A program made the position numbers and the translations under genes. Positions 1 through 12,699 of a DNA stretch of 64,000 bases are shown here, one piece after another; position 1 is the first letter of the stretch; every line of letters starts with the position of its first letter. Under the pieces are notes generated by a model. It ran no database searches, was not told the DNA's origin, and saw nothing but the letters and a program-made list of their open reading frames with translations. The stretch is from the human T2T-CHM13v2.0 reference genome, Homo sapiens. The stretch lies in the NCBI RefSeq assembly GCF_009914755.1, contig NC_060930.1; one strand, written 5' to 3'.

Positions 1-757
1 GACCAGGCTGCAGTCATCAGAGGAGCAATAAAGGTCACTACGATATGGCTGGAGCCTCTGCCTTTCATCAGCTGAATGAAGGAACTGAATGGAGTTCCTT
101 CTTGACCACTGTCCCATCTTCCTCTTACACACCCTGGATTCCAGGAACGAACCTGGGACCTGAGCTTGCAAGCTGAATCTTGTACTTTTCATGCCCTAAA
201 GCTGTCATAATATGCTTTTTCCCGCCTCCTTCTATCCAAATCTTACCCACCTATCAAGGACTGTCTCTAGATCCACATTATTCATTTGCTAATTTATTCA
301 TTTGCCAAAAATAAGTACTTAATTTGTACAAAGCAATGTGCTAGTCATTGCGTGGAATACTAGGTAAATTGTGGGCAAGTCTTTTCTTTGTGATGCTTAT
401 AAGCCTAACATCGGAGAGCAAACAGATACCAAAATAATTCCAATATAAAATAAAAGAAAAAGAAAACCTGTTAGTACCCTAACACAGGTGAAACTAGATG
501 CTTAGGAGTACAAAACAAAGAACAAAGAGTTGTACTGAAGCACATCAAAGGTTTTATTGAAAAGGTGACAATTGTGCCAGGACTTGAAGAACAGGTAGCA
601 CATGAGGACACAGATATGCAGAAAGAAACGAAAAGAACCACTGAAGTAAATAGAAGGGGGGAAAAAAGCTGCAAAGTGTGCGTGAAGAACACCAGATATG
701 TTCAGTGTGATGAGAAATAGAGATTCATGAGATATGAGGTTAGAAAAGCAGCCTGCC

Positions 758-1103
<346 letters not shown>

Positions 1104-2489
1104 TCACAGTGTCCCTTCTGGAAAACAACCCAGGGGGAAACCACAGCCTCTCCTGACCCCTCTTCTCTGGGACTTTCATATGCTTCTGTCTGTCCCTCGC
1201 CCTTTGTGCTCTAAATGGCAGACATTCAACAAATGTGTGTTGAATAATAAATTAATAAGCTATTCACTGCTAAGTGTTGCCATATAATATAACCCAAGGA
1301 AATTGTATGGTGTGTTCTAAGTCAAAACAGTTGCTTCAAAGTAATCATCTTTGTTCCTTAATGTTTGCAAAACTAATAAATAGAAACTATGATTTGTGAA
1401 AAGCAAAATAATGGTGATAATTCACATGTTAAAGGCATCTTGAGGTATGTGAACCATGTTTTATTTTATCTCACCAGTTACTTCGTTGAGAGTGAGCCAA
1501 AAGCAGATGTACTGGTGGAATTTAGAAGACCTGTGCTACTCCCAGTTTCCTCAACAGGCATTTCCACATTATTGGAAACTTCAGCAGAGGGGCCAGAGAT
1601 GGCACAAGTTGGAACCGAATCTGGCAAAAGAAGAGATAAAGCAAATGATAAGTGCCTGGGAAACTTAGAATTCTTGAGACTCCAAACTGGAAATACTCAG
1701 CGGCTTTTAAAATGTTTAGCTAAATCATAGTAAAATTAAAATAGCAATAATAATATAACAATAATAGCTAGAATTTATTGAGTACTTACTATGTACCAGA
1801 TACTGTGATGTCTTATCAATATAATTTCATTTAATTCTAATAACTAGCCTATGAATTAAGTATTATTAGAAACATTTAATAGATGAGGAAAGTGGGGCAT
1901 AGAGTGGTGAGGCAACTCCAACTGTAAGTCTTAATTAGACTACCCCTCTGAATGAACAGATGCATTACCAATAGAGATCAGGACACTTAGCAGACACCAA
2001 CGAGGCAGACATTTCCCTTCCTGGAGCCTAATCTCTGATACAAGAGCAGCTCAGAGCCCCTGGAATTTTATATATGTGCTGATTCTTACAGACTTTCAAG
2101 GATGCAAAAACATACACGGCCACATTTAAGTGTTCAATGGATCCACACACTGCAAGCTAACAAGCAATATGTTAAAATTCATGAAAGGTGTACTTTTATG
2201 CAGGCTGGGAAGGGAGAAAGAAATAAGTGGCACCTATAGATTTAAGCTGTGTTGAAGAGGGCTGGGCTAGAGTTGTGGACGCGAGGAAGAAACAAGACAA
2301 AGCCATCCCTGTCCTTGGTGGCCCCCTAAACATTGGTTCAACAATTTTCTTTGGTCTGCCCACTGTTTAACAAGACAGAGGTGTTTCTTAGTGTTTTTTA
2401 GGCTTTTTCCTGAAACCTATGTGGAAGTGAGGAAATAATGGGCAAAATATCACTTATATCCTTAACCCTTTCCAGGAGATCATCTTGCA

Positions 2490-2730
2490 GATTGCAGATT
2501 TAGTAGCTATATGACCTTCGACAAGTAATTGTGAGTCTGTATCACCGTTGAGTGCGTGTCACTTTTCTGTACCTCAGCTTCTTCTGTAAAATCTGGATCA
2601 GAGAATGCCCACCACATTGGGTTGCTGTGAGGATTAAATGATATAATATACATATAATTAATATATATGTAATGTACTTAACACAATGCCTGGCATATAG
2701 TCAGCACTATGTAAATGTTAGGTATTATTA
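2490..2730 (+). mobile_element. MIR
   Basis: cctcagcttcttctgtaaaat...gttgctgtgaggattaaatga core. Confidence 0.7.
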
Positions 2731-3210
2731 TTATTATTATGTGTAGTATAGCCATGCAAATATTAACTATTTTAGTAATTATTCTCATTAAATGCCACTT
2801 ACAAGAGGTCTGCAGAAAGTCTCCTGAAGCAGAGGTTATTGTATTTATACACTAACTTGCCCACAACTGTGCACATTTTCTAAGGCATTCGCGGGTAATT
2901 TTCTAATGTGTTCTTGCCTTTATGCATTTGTGCTTTTTTCTTGAACGTCATAATTTAATTTATTTTCTTCATCTTTCTTTCATCAAACCCATTTGGACTT
3001 CCTGACGGTAGGGTAAGGGAAAGAGTGAGGATTAAAACTACCCAATATTCAAAGAGGTGAGAAGGTTCTTCATTTGGGCAGTGCTCTACCAGCAAAGAGA
3101 AGCTCCTCACCTTGTGTCCCATCAGGGACAGAAAACATCTCTAATAGGGTGGCAGTGGAAGAAACACACATCATGACCATCTGCCTCTTCACTCATTTTA
3201 AAAATATGTA

Positions 3211-3536
3211 CAGTCATGCACTGCCCAGTGATGTTGGAGTCAACGACAGATTCTATGTATGACGGTGGTTCCATAAGGTATTTTCACTGTACCTTTTCTA
3301 TGTTTAGACACACAAATTCTTACTATTGTGTTCCAACTGCCAACAGTATTCAGGAGGGTAACATGCTGTACAGGTCTGTAGCCTAGAAGCAATAGGCTCT
3401 ACCATATAGCTAGGTGTGTAGTAGGCTGAACCACCTTGGTTTGGGAAAGTACACGCTATGATGTTAGCAGGACGAAATCGCCTAACCACATATTTCTCAG
3501 AGTATCACATCCCCATCATAATGCAACGCCTAACTG
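3211..3536 (+). mobile_element. Tigger3/MER7-like TcMar DNA transposon (MITE) just upstream of the NRSN1 promoter
   Basis: TA|CAGTCATGC...AACTG|TA ends with TA TSDs; internal tagcctag-agcaataggct-taccatatagc-taggtgtgtagtaggct signature. Confidence 0.8.
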
Positions 3537-3793
3537 TATATTGAACCAGCCTTCTACGACCAAAATATGGTCTGGGCAGAAAAAAGCTTTGAAGAAGCAC
3601 TAAGGCAGAGAAGGTGCCCATCCTGGGGAGCCTCGGCAGGGCCCAGTGACCAGCCTTCCATGGCCCTGACAGCTGCCCTAACAGAAGCACCAGCCTCGCG
3701 GTGCAGGCAGGAACAAGCCTGGCGCGCCAGACAGCTCGGCCCCGCCCACTCGCCGCTCTCGGAAAGCTGGAACCCTGCCCCTTTGGAGGGGGA

Positions 3794-3841
<48 letters not shown>
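3794..3841 (+). repeat. Pure (GGC)16 trinucleotide repeat at the NRSN1 promoter/5' end
   Basis: 48 nt of uninterrupted GGC, preceded by GGAGGGGGA. Confidence 0.98.
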
Positions 3842-3869
3842 TGCGCGGGCCTCGGGTGCGCGGGCACGC

Positions 3870-4008
3870 GGGACTCCCAGCTGTCAATCAGGCGCGGGCT
3901 GAGCTCTACGAGGCGGAGCGGCGGCGGTGGCGACGGCGATGGGACCCCAGCGAGAGATCTGCAGCTAGGCTGGCTGCACTTGCTCCACGGGTCAGGGGAT
4001 CGGAGGGG
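3870..4008 (+). other. NRSN1: NRSN1 exon 1 (5'UTR); start coordinate approximate
   Basis: Ends at donor GGG|GTAGGT (GT 4009-4010); an alternative donor TAG|GTAAAG lies 4 nt downstream; the TSS cannot be fixed from sequence. Confidence 0.7.
3881..3890 (-). promoter_or_regulatory. PBX-PKNOX/MEIS decamer TGATTGACAG
   Basis: CTGTCAATCA on + is an exact reverse complement of the TALE-homeodomain decamer, located in the proximal promoter. Confidence 0.55.
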
Positions 4009-5795
4009 GTAGGTAAAGCCACGCAGAGTCCAGGGGTGGCGGCTTTCTATTCTCCAAATGTCTTTCTCCAGTTCTCCCTCTCCTCCCTTTCTCTCTTTCC
4101 TTCCTCCTTCTTCATGCATAAATGTTCTTTCTCTCTCTCCCTCCCTCCTTCATTCACGTTTATTATATGTGCACCAATCTCCACAAAAAACATGCGTATT
4201 AAAATCGGTGAAAACATACAAATTAGGAAGAGCTAGCTCCATGCTTTGGTGGTTTGTGGTTTGTGTTATGTAAGAATTTGGGGGGTGGGGCACGAGGGGC
4301 GTACAGCTAAAAACTTTAGAGTTTCCTTTCCATAAGATAAGAAAAGTTGTGTATTAGGAAAGAGTCAAATATATGTATCTAGAGTTTGCAAAGTTGGTTT
4401 ATTTATCAGGCTGAATTGAGCCCCCACTGGCCCTCCCCACTCCTGTGCCACGTCTGAAGATGTTTCAGTGTTTTGGCGTGATCTCAGGACCTACTTCTTT
4501 GTGTTGTTAGACAGGAACATTAGGGTGGGGGTCAGACAGAGTCTGGAGGCCTCAAAGAAAACAGAGCTGGAATTTAACAGCTAATGTTTGTTTGATTGGT
4601 TCCTGGCACTGTAACAGAAATGTTTTCAGAACCTTGGAGAGCTCCTTGGGCGCCACATCAGGCCAGCCTTTGGTGAAGGGCATGTGGGGAATCTTCAGCG
4701 AAAATGGAGAAGCTGACAGAAAAAAGAAGAGAAATGTAATTCAGAGAGGCAGAGAGAGACAGGAAAGAAAGAGATACAGATGGGGGTGGAGGGCAGGTGT
4801 TGGGGGAGGGAAGAAGAGGAGAATGTAGTGAATTTAGTGACCTATGATTGGCTTGTTTTCGTTTGCTTATCCAGATCCAGGAGGCTAATATAATTTGCTT
4901 CTTTCCCCCAAATCTGCCCACACACCACTCACAAAATTTGGGGGAAAGTAAATGGGTCTTGACGATTTGGCTTTGGTCCATATAGGCTGACCCTAGAAAT
5001 GCTGAAAACAGTTTATCAGGCCTCAGCTAGGCTTACTCACCTCAAGTCTTCAGGTTCTCCTGCAAACAAATGGGGACCTGTTCATTAGAAAGAATTCTTA
5101 ATGATCCCATAAAAAATATGGTCCCAGTTATTATCTTATTTCACATAACTAGAGTAATGTAGGAAACCAACAGCCTTATAGTTGGCAATGGCTTTTTAAT
5201 CAAATTTTGCATGGGCACCTGCTTTTCTTAGGCAGCTGGAAAGCAAAATGATCATGATAGGAAGAAAACGGATATAGGAGTAAAACTCAGCCTAATAAGT
5301 AAATCATCCAAAGAGCCTTACGAAGTGTAAAATGTATGTAAACATATCAGAAAATATAGTGATTATAGGACTCATATATTTTACATTATAAGACCAAGCA
5401 CCAAAAAAGATCCATTCTGAAGTATCTAGGAAGCAAGGAACTTTTTTAAATTTAGAATTTGTAAAATAGAAATGGACCAGCCTATTTGGAATTACTAACA
5501 ACATGGAATATGGTTATGTAAAAATGAGAATAGCACATATATAGTGTGTTATAATTTACAAAGCCCTTTTATGTCATCTCATTCACTTTATAAATTATTA
5601 TGAGAACCCATTGAAAAGTTCTAAAATATAGTTTAGACTTTTGTTTTTTAGAAAGCTATCTCAATTCTTAAACACGAATTTCTTTGTCAATGCTTTTGTG
5701 AACATTAAAATGATTCTTTATAAGTTATATGAATGACTTATGAAATTTAGATTTTGATCTGGATTACATTCTGCAGAGACTTTTTTCTTAAATAG

Positions 5796-5868
5796 GATTG
5801 AAGAATGCGCCATTAAAAGGAAAGATCAAGGAGTAAACCAGAAGAAGAAGAAAAAGAGGACTTCAAAG
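5796..5868 (+). other. NRSN1: NRSN1 exon 2 (5'UTR, 73 nt)
   Basis: Acceptor ttttttcttaaatag|GATT, purine/GAA-rich body, donor AAG|GTAGGA. Confidence 0.75.
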
Positions 5869-7644
5869 GTAGGACTCAAACCTTATCACATGTAGATTCA
5901 TAAGCACCCTGTGTATGCATGTAGATAAAGAAGAGATTAAAAGAGAATATGGGTTCTTTTCTCATTTTAGCTTTGGATTTTATGTACCTTTCTAAAAAAT
6001 GAATCTTGAAGAATTAAAGTAAATGATAACAAGTAAGATAATCTTACATTGTTACTCCTTTTTAAAAATTATAAAAGTGGTTGCATGTCCACTGACTTTG
6101 AAGGTATTTTAATAACTCAATATAAAGCCACAATCTCTACCACTGTTTCAGAAAAATAAAATATCTCTGAAATAATCCATTGGTAGGAACACGGTTCAGG
6201 ATTTAAGAACATGCTTATATAATTTCAGAATGCCTGATTTAAAAGTGAAAAAGCTGTTAGCAGGCTTTCATGCCTTCCTGTATCCCCTATGAGTCTGACT
6301 GAATCTTTTAAGGAACTGACCTTTCGGCTTGGTGTTGAATAAGTGGTCTAAATTGTCTATGTGCCTGTACTTTGTCTTTTGCAGCACTGGCCCTGTGGAA
6401 AAGTGGCTATAATGGGAACCTCAGTCTCATTATCTCAGAATCATTTTATGGGAGAGAAAAGCAGCATGAAAAATTGAATGATATTTCAAAGAAAATAAAT
6501 AGAACAGGGCCTGTGCCTGGCCTCACAACTGACTCACACATAGTGTCACAGGAAAACACTCATATTTGTTGCCTCTCTTCTCTCAAGGAGACCTTGAAGA
6601 CAAAGAATATAATGTCTGTAATGTTCTTAGAGTTTCATGAGGCATAAAGATTTATTTCTGCTTCAAGGCTATGAACATTTATAAAGGAAAATAAAAAGTA
6701 ACTGCATATATTACACAGAAATTTAAATTTCCAACACATTGATACTACAGTCTATTGGCACACATAGTGATATCACAATAGCACATTCATGAGCTTGTTT
6801 CCCTAATACAGGAATTATTCAAGGAATTCTCAGCATTTGTACTCCCTTTACCTCTTGATGATGCCCATTTTGTTATGTTTATTGCTTCATGAGTGTGTCT
6901 CCTTGTAACCCAAGAGTCCATTGAGGGCAGACCTGGCTCCACTCATCTTCACAACTATTATTTATCTCACAGGTGCCTGGCACGTAGTGCTTTAAAAACA
7001 CTGAAGGAAGGGGAGGATGAAAAATGGAGGACTACTCAGGCCTTCATCCACACCAACCCACGTAGAACTCTGCAGGAAGTTTCAAAGTACTGGAGATTAA
7101 AGTGGTCAACAGTACAGAAAATGTCCCTGCCCACATGTAGCTTACACTCTATCATGTATATGGTCTATCAGACCATAAGTAAATAAACCACACATAGAAT
7201 ATCAGATAGTAACAAGTGCTAGGAAGAGAAACAAACCTAGACAAGGGGATAGAAAGTAATGGAACGCTGATATTTAGATATATTGATTATAGAAAGCCTC
7301 TCAGAAGAATTTGATAGGGAGTGGCAGCATAATTTTTTTCCCTCCTCATGTCTCTGGGTTATGATAGGTGTGCTGAGTTGGTAAGAACTGAATATTCATT
7401 TAATGTATAACAGTGCATGCAATTGAGACAGTTGCTATGGACAGGTTATAAAAAGAAGAAATCCATGGATGGATCCTCATTTATCAGCAAGTAGAGCATC
7501 CTTCAGAGAGAATAAAAACAACTCTCTCTTCATAGATAACCAAACAATGACACACAAAAGTTGCTTGTGCCCAATCATCATGGCCATGCTGGCAGGGAGG
7601 ATGCAACAGGCTCCATCAGAGTGTTTACAGAATGAAGACTAATG

Positions 7645-7724
7645 TGGATTGAATTAAATATAATACTAAAGAGTGTGTTTACTCTGGATTGAATTAAATA
7701 TAATACTAAAGAGTGTGTTTACTC
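7645..7724. repeat. Perfect 40-bp tandem duplication
   Basis: tggattgaattaaatataatactaaagagtgtgtttactc x2. Confidence 0.97.
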
Positions 7725-10206
7725 ATCCCCTCTATCCATGTACCTCCTGTGATATTAAAGCTTTCTGTAAATAAAAAAGGCTCTCTAAAATATGTTCATT
7801 AACAACAATCATAGATTTAACCTTTTTGTTGTTGCTACTACAGCTATTGAAATATAGACATCAGAAATCTTATGAAACCTTGATCTTTAAGTAAATAATA
7901 AGCCAAAGTAAAAAGCCTTTGCACATAGCTTCTGTTTCTGTCTCAATTCTAGTTTGTTATATATAGTTTAATAACTGCCCAGTCTTTAAAGTGACTTTAT
8001 GAAGTGACCTCACATACCTTTTTTATGATACCAGAAGTGTCCATCAATCAAATAAGATTCCAAATAACTGTAACATGGGGACAAAAAGTTACTGACTTCC
8101 CTAGGAGATGTATAACTCTCTGTTGAGATTTTGTAGGTCCAAATCTATCACTCTAACATGTTATATTTTAAAATTCATGTTCTTCCAAGTCATTCTTCTC
8201 TAGGAGTGAATTCCAGGTAGTTATATGTTTGGGAAGATGTGTGATACCTGTCAGACCCTCGGGGATCCTATTTTAGGCAACATACGTGATACTGAAGTAA
8301 CTTGTTAAACAACATACGAACATTTAGTCTACCTAGTAGCAAGTAACTAACCTAACTAGTTATATGCCCTTTTTAAAGGGAAGCTGCATACATACTAGTA
8401 TAAAGTAAGAATTTGAGCTGTCAGTAAGGATATGGAAGGAGGTAGGAAATCAGTAAACCTAGTTGTTCGTTCAATAAAAAAATGATAGAGTCATTCCGTA
8501 CAGACAAAAAAAATCCTGAAAAGCTACAACTGGAAGGAATTAGAGATTAATCTGGTCCAACCCTCTTACTTTAAGGATGATGAAACCATAGCCCAGAGAG
8601 ACTAATGAGCTTGTCTGGAATCTCCTGACCAGTAAGTTGCAAATCAAAAAATGGCAGTAAAGTCCATTCTCTGCCCCGTTTAGGTAGCACAAAACAGACC
8701 ATGTTCTTGTTCATGTTTTGTGCCCCTGGAGGAGAAAGTAAGGCGCTTTGGAATTCCTTTTCTGGAATGTAGCTGACATAGCTAAAAATCCATGGCTTCA
8801 AGTAGAGCCTTCAATCACTCAGGCTCAAAAACATGTGTTTTATGACACTTTCTATCTCTTTTATGATTTGACCTATATTGTTTTTAACAAAGTTGGACAA
8901 CTGGGTCTCATAAAGCAGAAACATTTAACCTACTGTTCTGGTAGCAAACTGTTCAGGGAATGGCTGTAATATATCACACGGTCCTTCTCTGCATCAAAGC
9001 TCAATCCTGGGAAAGAACAACTTCAGCATCTAAGGAAACATAACTCTTACTGTTGCTATGAGGGATTTTTTTTTATTCCTATCATATCTATTTTTGTCCC
9101 TTTTTCATGTTAAAGTCTCTGATGCTTTATAGAAAATCTGAAAATATATATTTAGAGGAGGTGGTTCTGACTATGCAAGTATATGATTCAGTCCATACTC
9201 CTGCTTCTTGTGTTAATTGTCATCTTTCATCTGTTCCCTGACTCATGGTGTAACCTTTAGTAGATGATTTTTCTATGCCTCAGTTTCCTAGTTGACAAAG
9301 CAGTTAGTAATACCAACCCCATCTCACCTGGACTGAAATTTGCATTAGAATGCCTTAAAGGAAAATGCCTTTAAAATTATGCCACTTATATACCAATGGT
9401 AATAGGCTCTTGTTAATCATCTTCATTGTATAAGCATTAAATAGAAGGTACTGAAGAGATCGTCCTAGTGCTTAAAATATTAAAACTAGGTTAATATTCT
9501 TTTGATCTGCCAGATTTTGCTGCTCTACTCAGGCAAAGAACATTCTAAAAACCTTGACTTTTTATGAAATCATATCTTTCTAAATGTTTTAAAGCAAATG
9601 TGTTCGTGTGTGGGGGAGTGCAGGTGTGGGTGTGTATGTGTAGACTCTTGCCTCCCTGCACTCTTTCCCTGGGTGATTTCTTTAGATGGTAGCTATACCT
9701 GAAACAGAAAAAAGCACAGGAGCTAACAGTTAGTTGGTTTTAATTGACCAACAGCTAAAAAGATGAGGTTATTGGTCATCATTAATAGCACCATTTTTCT
9801 AAGACCAGGGCCATGTTTTCCTCAATTTGACTACATTCTTAACCAAAACTCATGTGTAGCTAAGGGCACATATTTAAAGATGTGCTAATGGGTTTACTTT
9901 GTGCCCACTGCACAAGGAATTGCTGACTATCCCTGGTTCCAACTTTGATTTTAGCCCCATAATTCTATCCAATCAAACTAACTGGCCACATATAGGCATT
10001 TGATGGGACTGTAGATCGATATTTTTCTTTTGTAGATAAACATTACTAGCTGGTTGCTTGATAAGTAATTGGAAACATTTAATATGCCTCTGTTGGCCTG
10101 GATTACAGCACAAGCTCTGAGAAAACCTGGCTTAATAGAAAAATAACCTTCTATGTTGTTCCCCACTTTGTCACGTATAGACTATGTCCACATAACTAAA
10201 ACTATC

Positions 10207-10588
10207 TACAGGATAATTTTTTTTGGAAGAAGTCTGATTTATTTGAAAACACAAAAATAACCACCTTCATTTATATTCAAACAGTGTGGCAGCTATATTG
10301 TGGACTAAAGAGTTCTTTCAGAATTTTATATTTCTTTTATTATTTCCACTTTTTAATATTATACTTTAAGTTCTGGGATACATGTGCAGAACGTACAGGC
10401 TTGTTACATAGGTATACATGTGCCATGGTGATGTGTTGCACCCATCAACCCATCACCTAGGTTTTAAGGCCCACATGCATTAGGTATTTGTCCTAATGCT
10501 CTCCATCCCCTTGCTCCCCACCCCCTGACAGGTGTGTGATGTTCCCCTCCCTGTGTCACTGTGTTACCATCTGTGTACAGGATAATTT
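10207..10588 (-). mobile_element. 5'-truncated L1PA 3' end with probable 3' transduction, 13-bp TSD
   Basis: L1 3'UTR at ~10359-10575; TSD TACAGGATAATTT at 10207-10219 and 10576-10588. Confidence 0.8.
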
Positions 10589-11264
10589 AAAAATCCAAAC
10601 ACGTATTTCACATTTCCAGCTATACATTTATTTGCTTATATGGAGATCAGAAATTAAGACGATAACTGACAATTCCCTTATTCAACAAAATTACTGTCAC
10701 TCAGTAATTCTTTCTTTTTTTTAACCATGATTAGTAACAAAATCATATAAATGCCTCTCTCTAAGGGTATCAATTAGGTCAAATAAAGTAGAAATTTCCA
10801 TCTTAAAAAGGCAGAACCCAAAACAACCTGCCTAGGACATAGTTTTATTTAACAGTTCTCTGAGTTCTTACTTACAGTAGACACTTCATGGAAAATAATA
10901 AAAGGTTGTGTCCACTCTCCACATTATACTCTAGCCACCCACATGGACAGATGTATCCACAAACAATGGGTAAAATATATGGTGTTAGAGTTAGTGAGGT
11001 GTAAATTATTGGCCAAGCCATTTGTGATTAATAAAGCATGAGGCATAAATTGCTCAGCAGCTTTTTAATAAAGCTTCATACAACTTGACAATTAGTTAAA
11101 ATGTCAGAGGAAGATACATGAGATCGGAAGGCAAAATTTCAAACTAGTAAGAGTAATGCGGTGTAGATTCCACAAGGAAACATAGTTAAAAATCTGAGAG
11201 GACAGTCTAAGACAAACTCCATCTTCAGCAAATGAGAATGCCTGCCCAATTCTTTAACATGTAA

Positions 11265-11830
<566 letters not shown>

Positions 11831-11994
11831 AAGAGAGAGGGGTCTTTAAAAGTACCTTTTCTGTAATGAAAAGAGCATTGTTCAACTAGGCATACATTAC
11901 TCAGTCTGGTTCTTACCTTTCATATGTCTTTTGATCCTGTGGCCAAAGCCTGTGGCATTAATCCATGTGGATGTTGTCATTCCAGCTGGGAAGG

Positions 11995-12183
11995 ATGAGT
12001 TCTTGCAGCAACGTCTGTGGGTCCAGGCAGGCACAGGCTGCAGCTGAGGGTGGTTACCAGCGCTATGGAGTCCGGTCCTACCTGCACCAGTTTTATGAGG
12101 ACTGTACAGCCTCAATTTGGGAGTATGAGGATGATTTCCAGATCCAAAGATCACCTAACAGGTGGAGCTCAGTATTCTGGAAG
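11995..12183 (+). CDS. NRSN1: Neurensin-1 first coding exon (exon 11986-12183), aa 1-63 MSSCSNVCGS...YGVRSYLHQFYE...SSVFWK
   Basis: Acceptor ttccag|CTG at 11986, ATG at 11995, donor AAG|GTAAGG at 12184; neurensin motif YGVRSYLHQFYEDC; phase 0. Confidence 0.96.
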
Positions 12184-12699
12184 GTAAGGAAGGAGCATGT
12201 GTTTAACTTAGGGAATGGAAAAATTATTGGACATGGTTAATACTGCAGCTGTGGAGGATGGAGAGGTTTAGTACTCGCTGTGTGTGCATCACTCTTGGTG
12301 ATACTAAATGCATTTTTCTTACCTTAGGAAAGAAGAATCTAAACCTTGGGCCAAAGAAAGCCTCTAAACACAGCACAACTATTGATGAGCAGATTAAACA
12401 TAAATAGGTGCAATTGCCATATGAATTATTATTATTGCTACCATTAAAAATGTGCCATTAAATTCACTAATTGAAGCCATCCATAGGCAAAACATTATAT
12501 TCTTTCAGCCTTCCTTACAGGCGTGGTAAGTATCATCTGACAAGTTGCAACAATTATTAAAAAGAAATCATTAGGTATTTAGAGAGAGTTAATGATGAAA
12601 TGTAGTACAGTGGTCAGTATACCAGCTCCGTCTCTACCGAGTGTGTGATCATGAGGCTTTCTGACCCCAGCTTCCTCAAATGAAGGAATCTCATTAGAC

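Larger units (their letters stand above)
3690..4040 (+). promoter_or_regulatory. NRSN1: CpG-island promoter of NRSN1
   Basis: Sharp local rise in GC and CpG; GC box CCCCGCCC at 3740-3747; E-box CAGCTG at 3878-3883; runs into a splice donor at 4009. Confidence 0.85.

Noticed and set aside
1389-1730. 113-aa ATG ORF upstream of NRSN1
   Set aside because: No recognisable domain, promoter or splice context; length compatible with chance
11965-11994. Upstream ATG extending ORF 11965..12240
   Set aside because: ATG 11965 lies in the intron before the 11986 acceptor; the CDS starts at 11995
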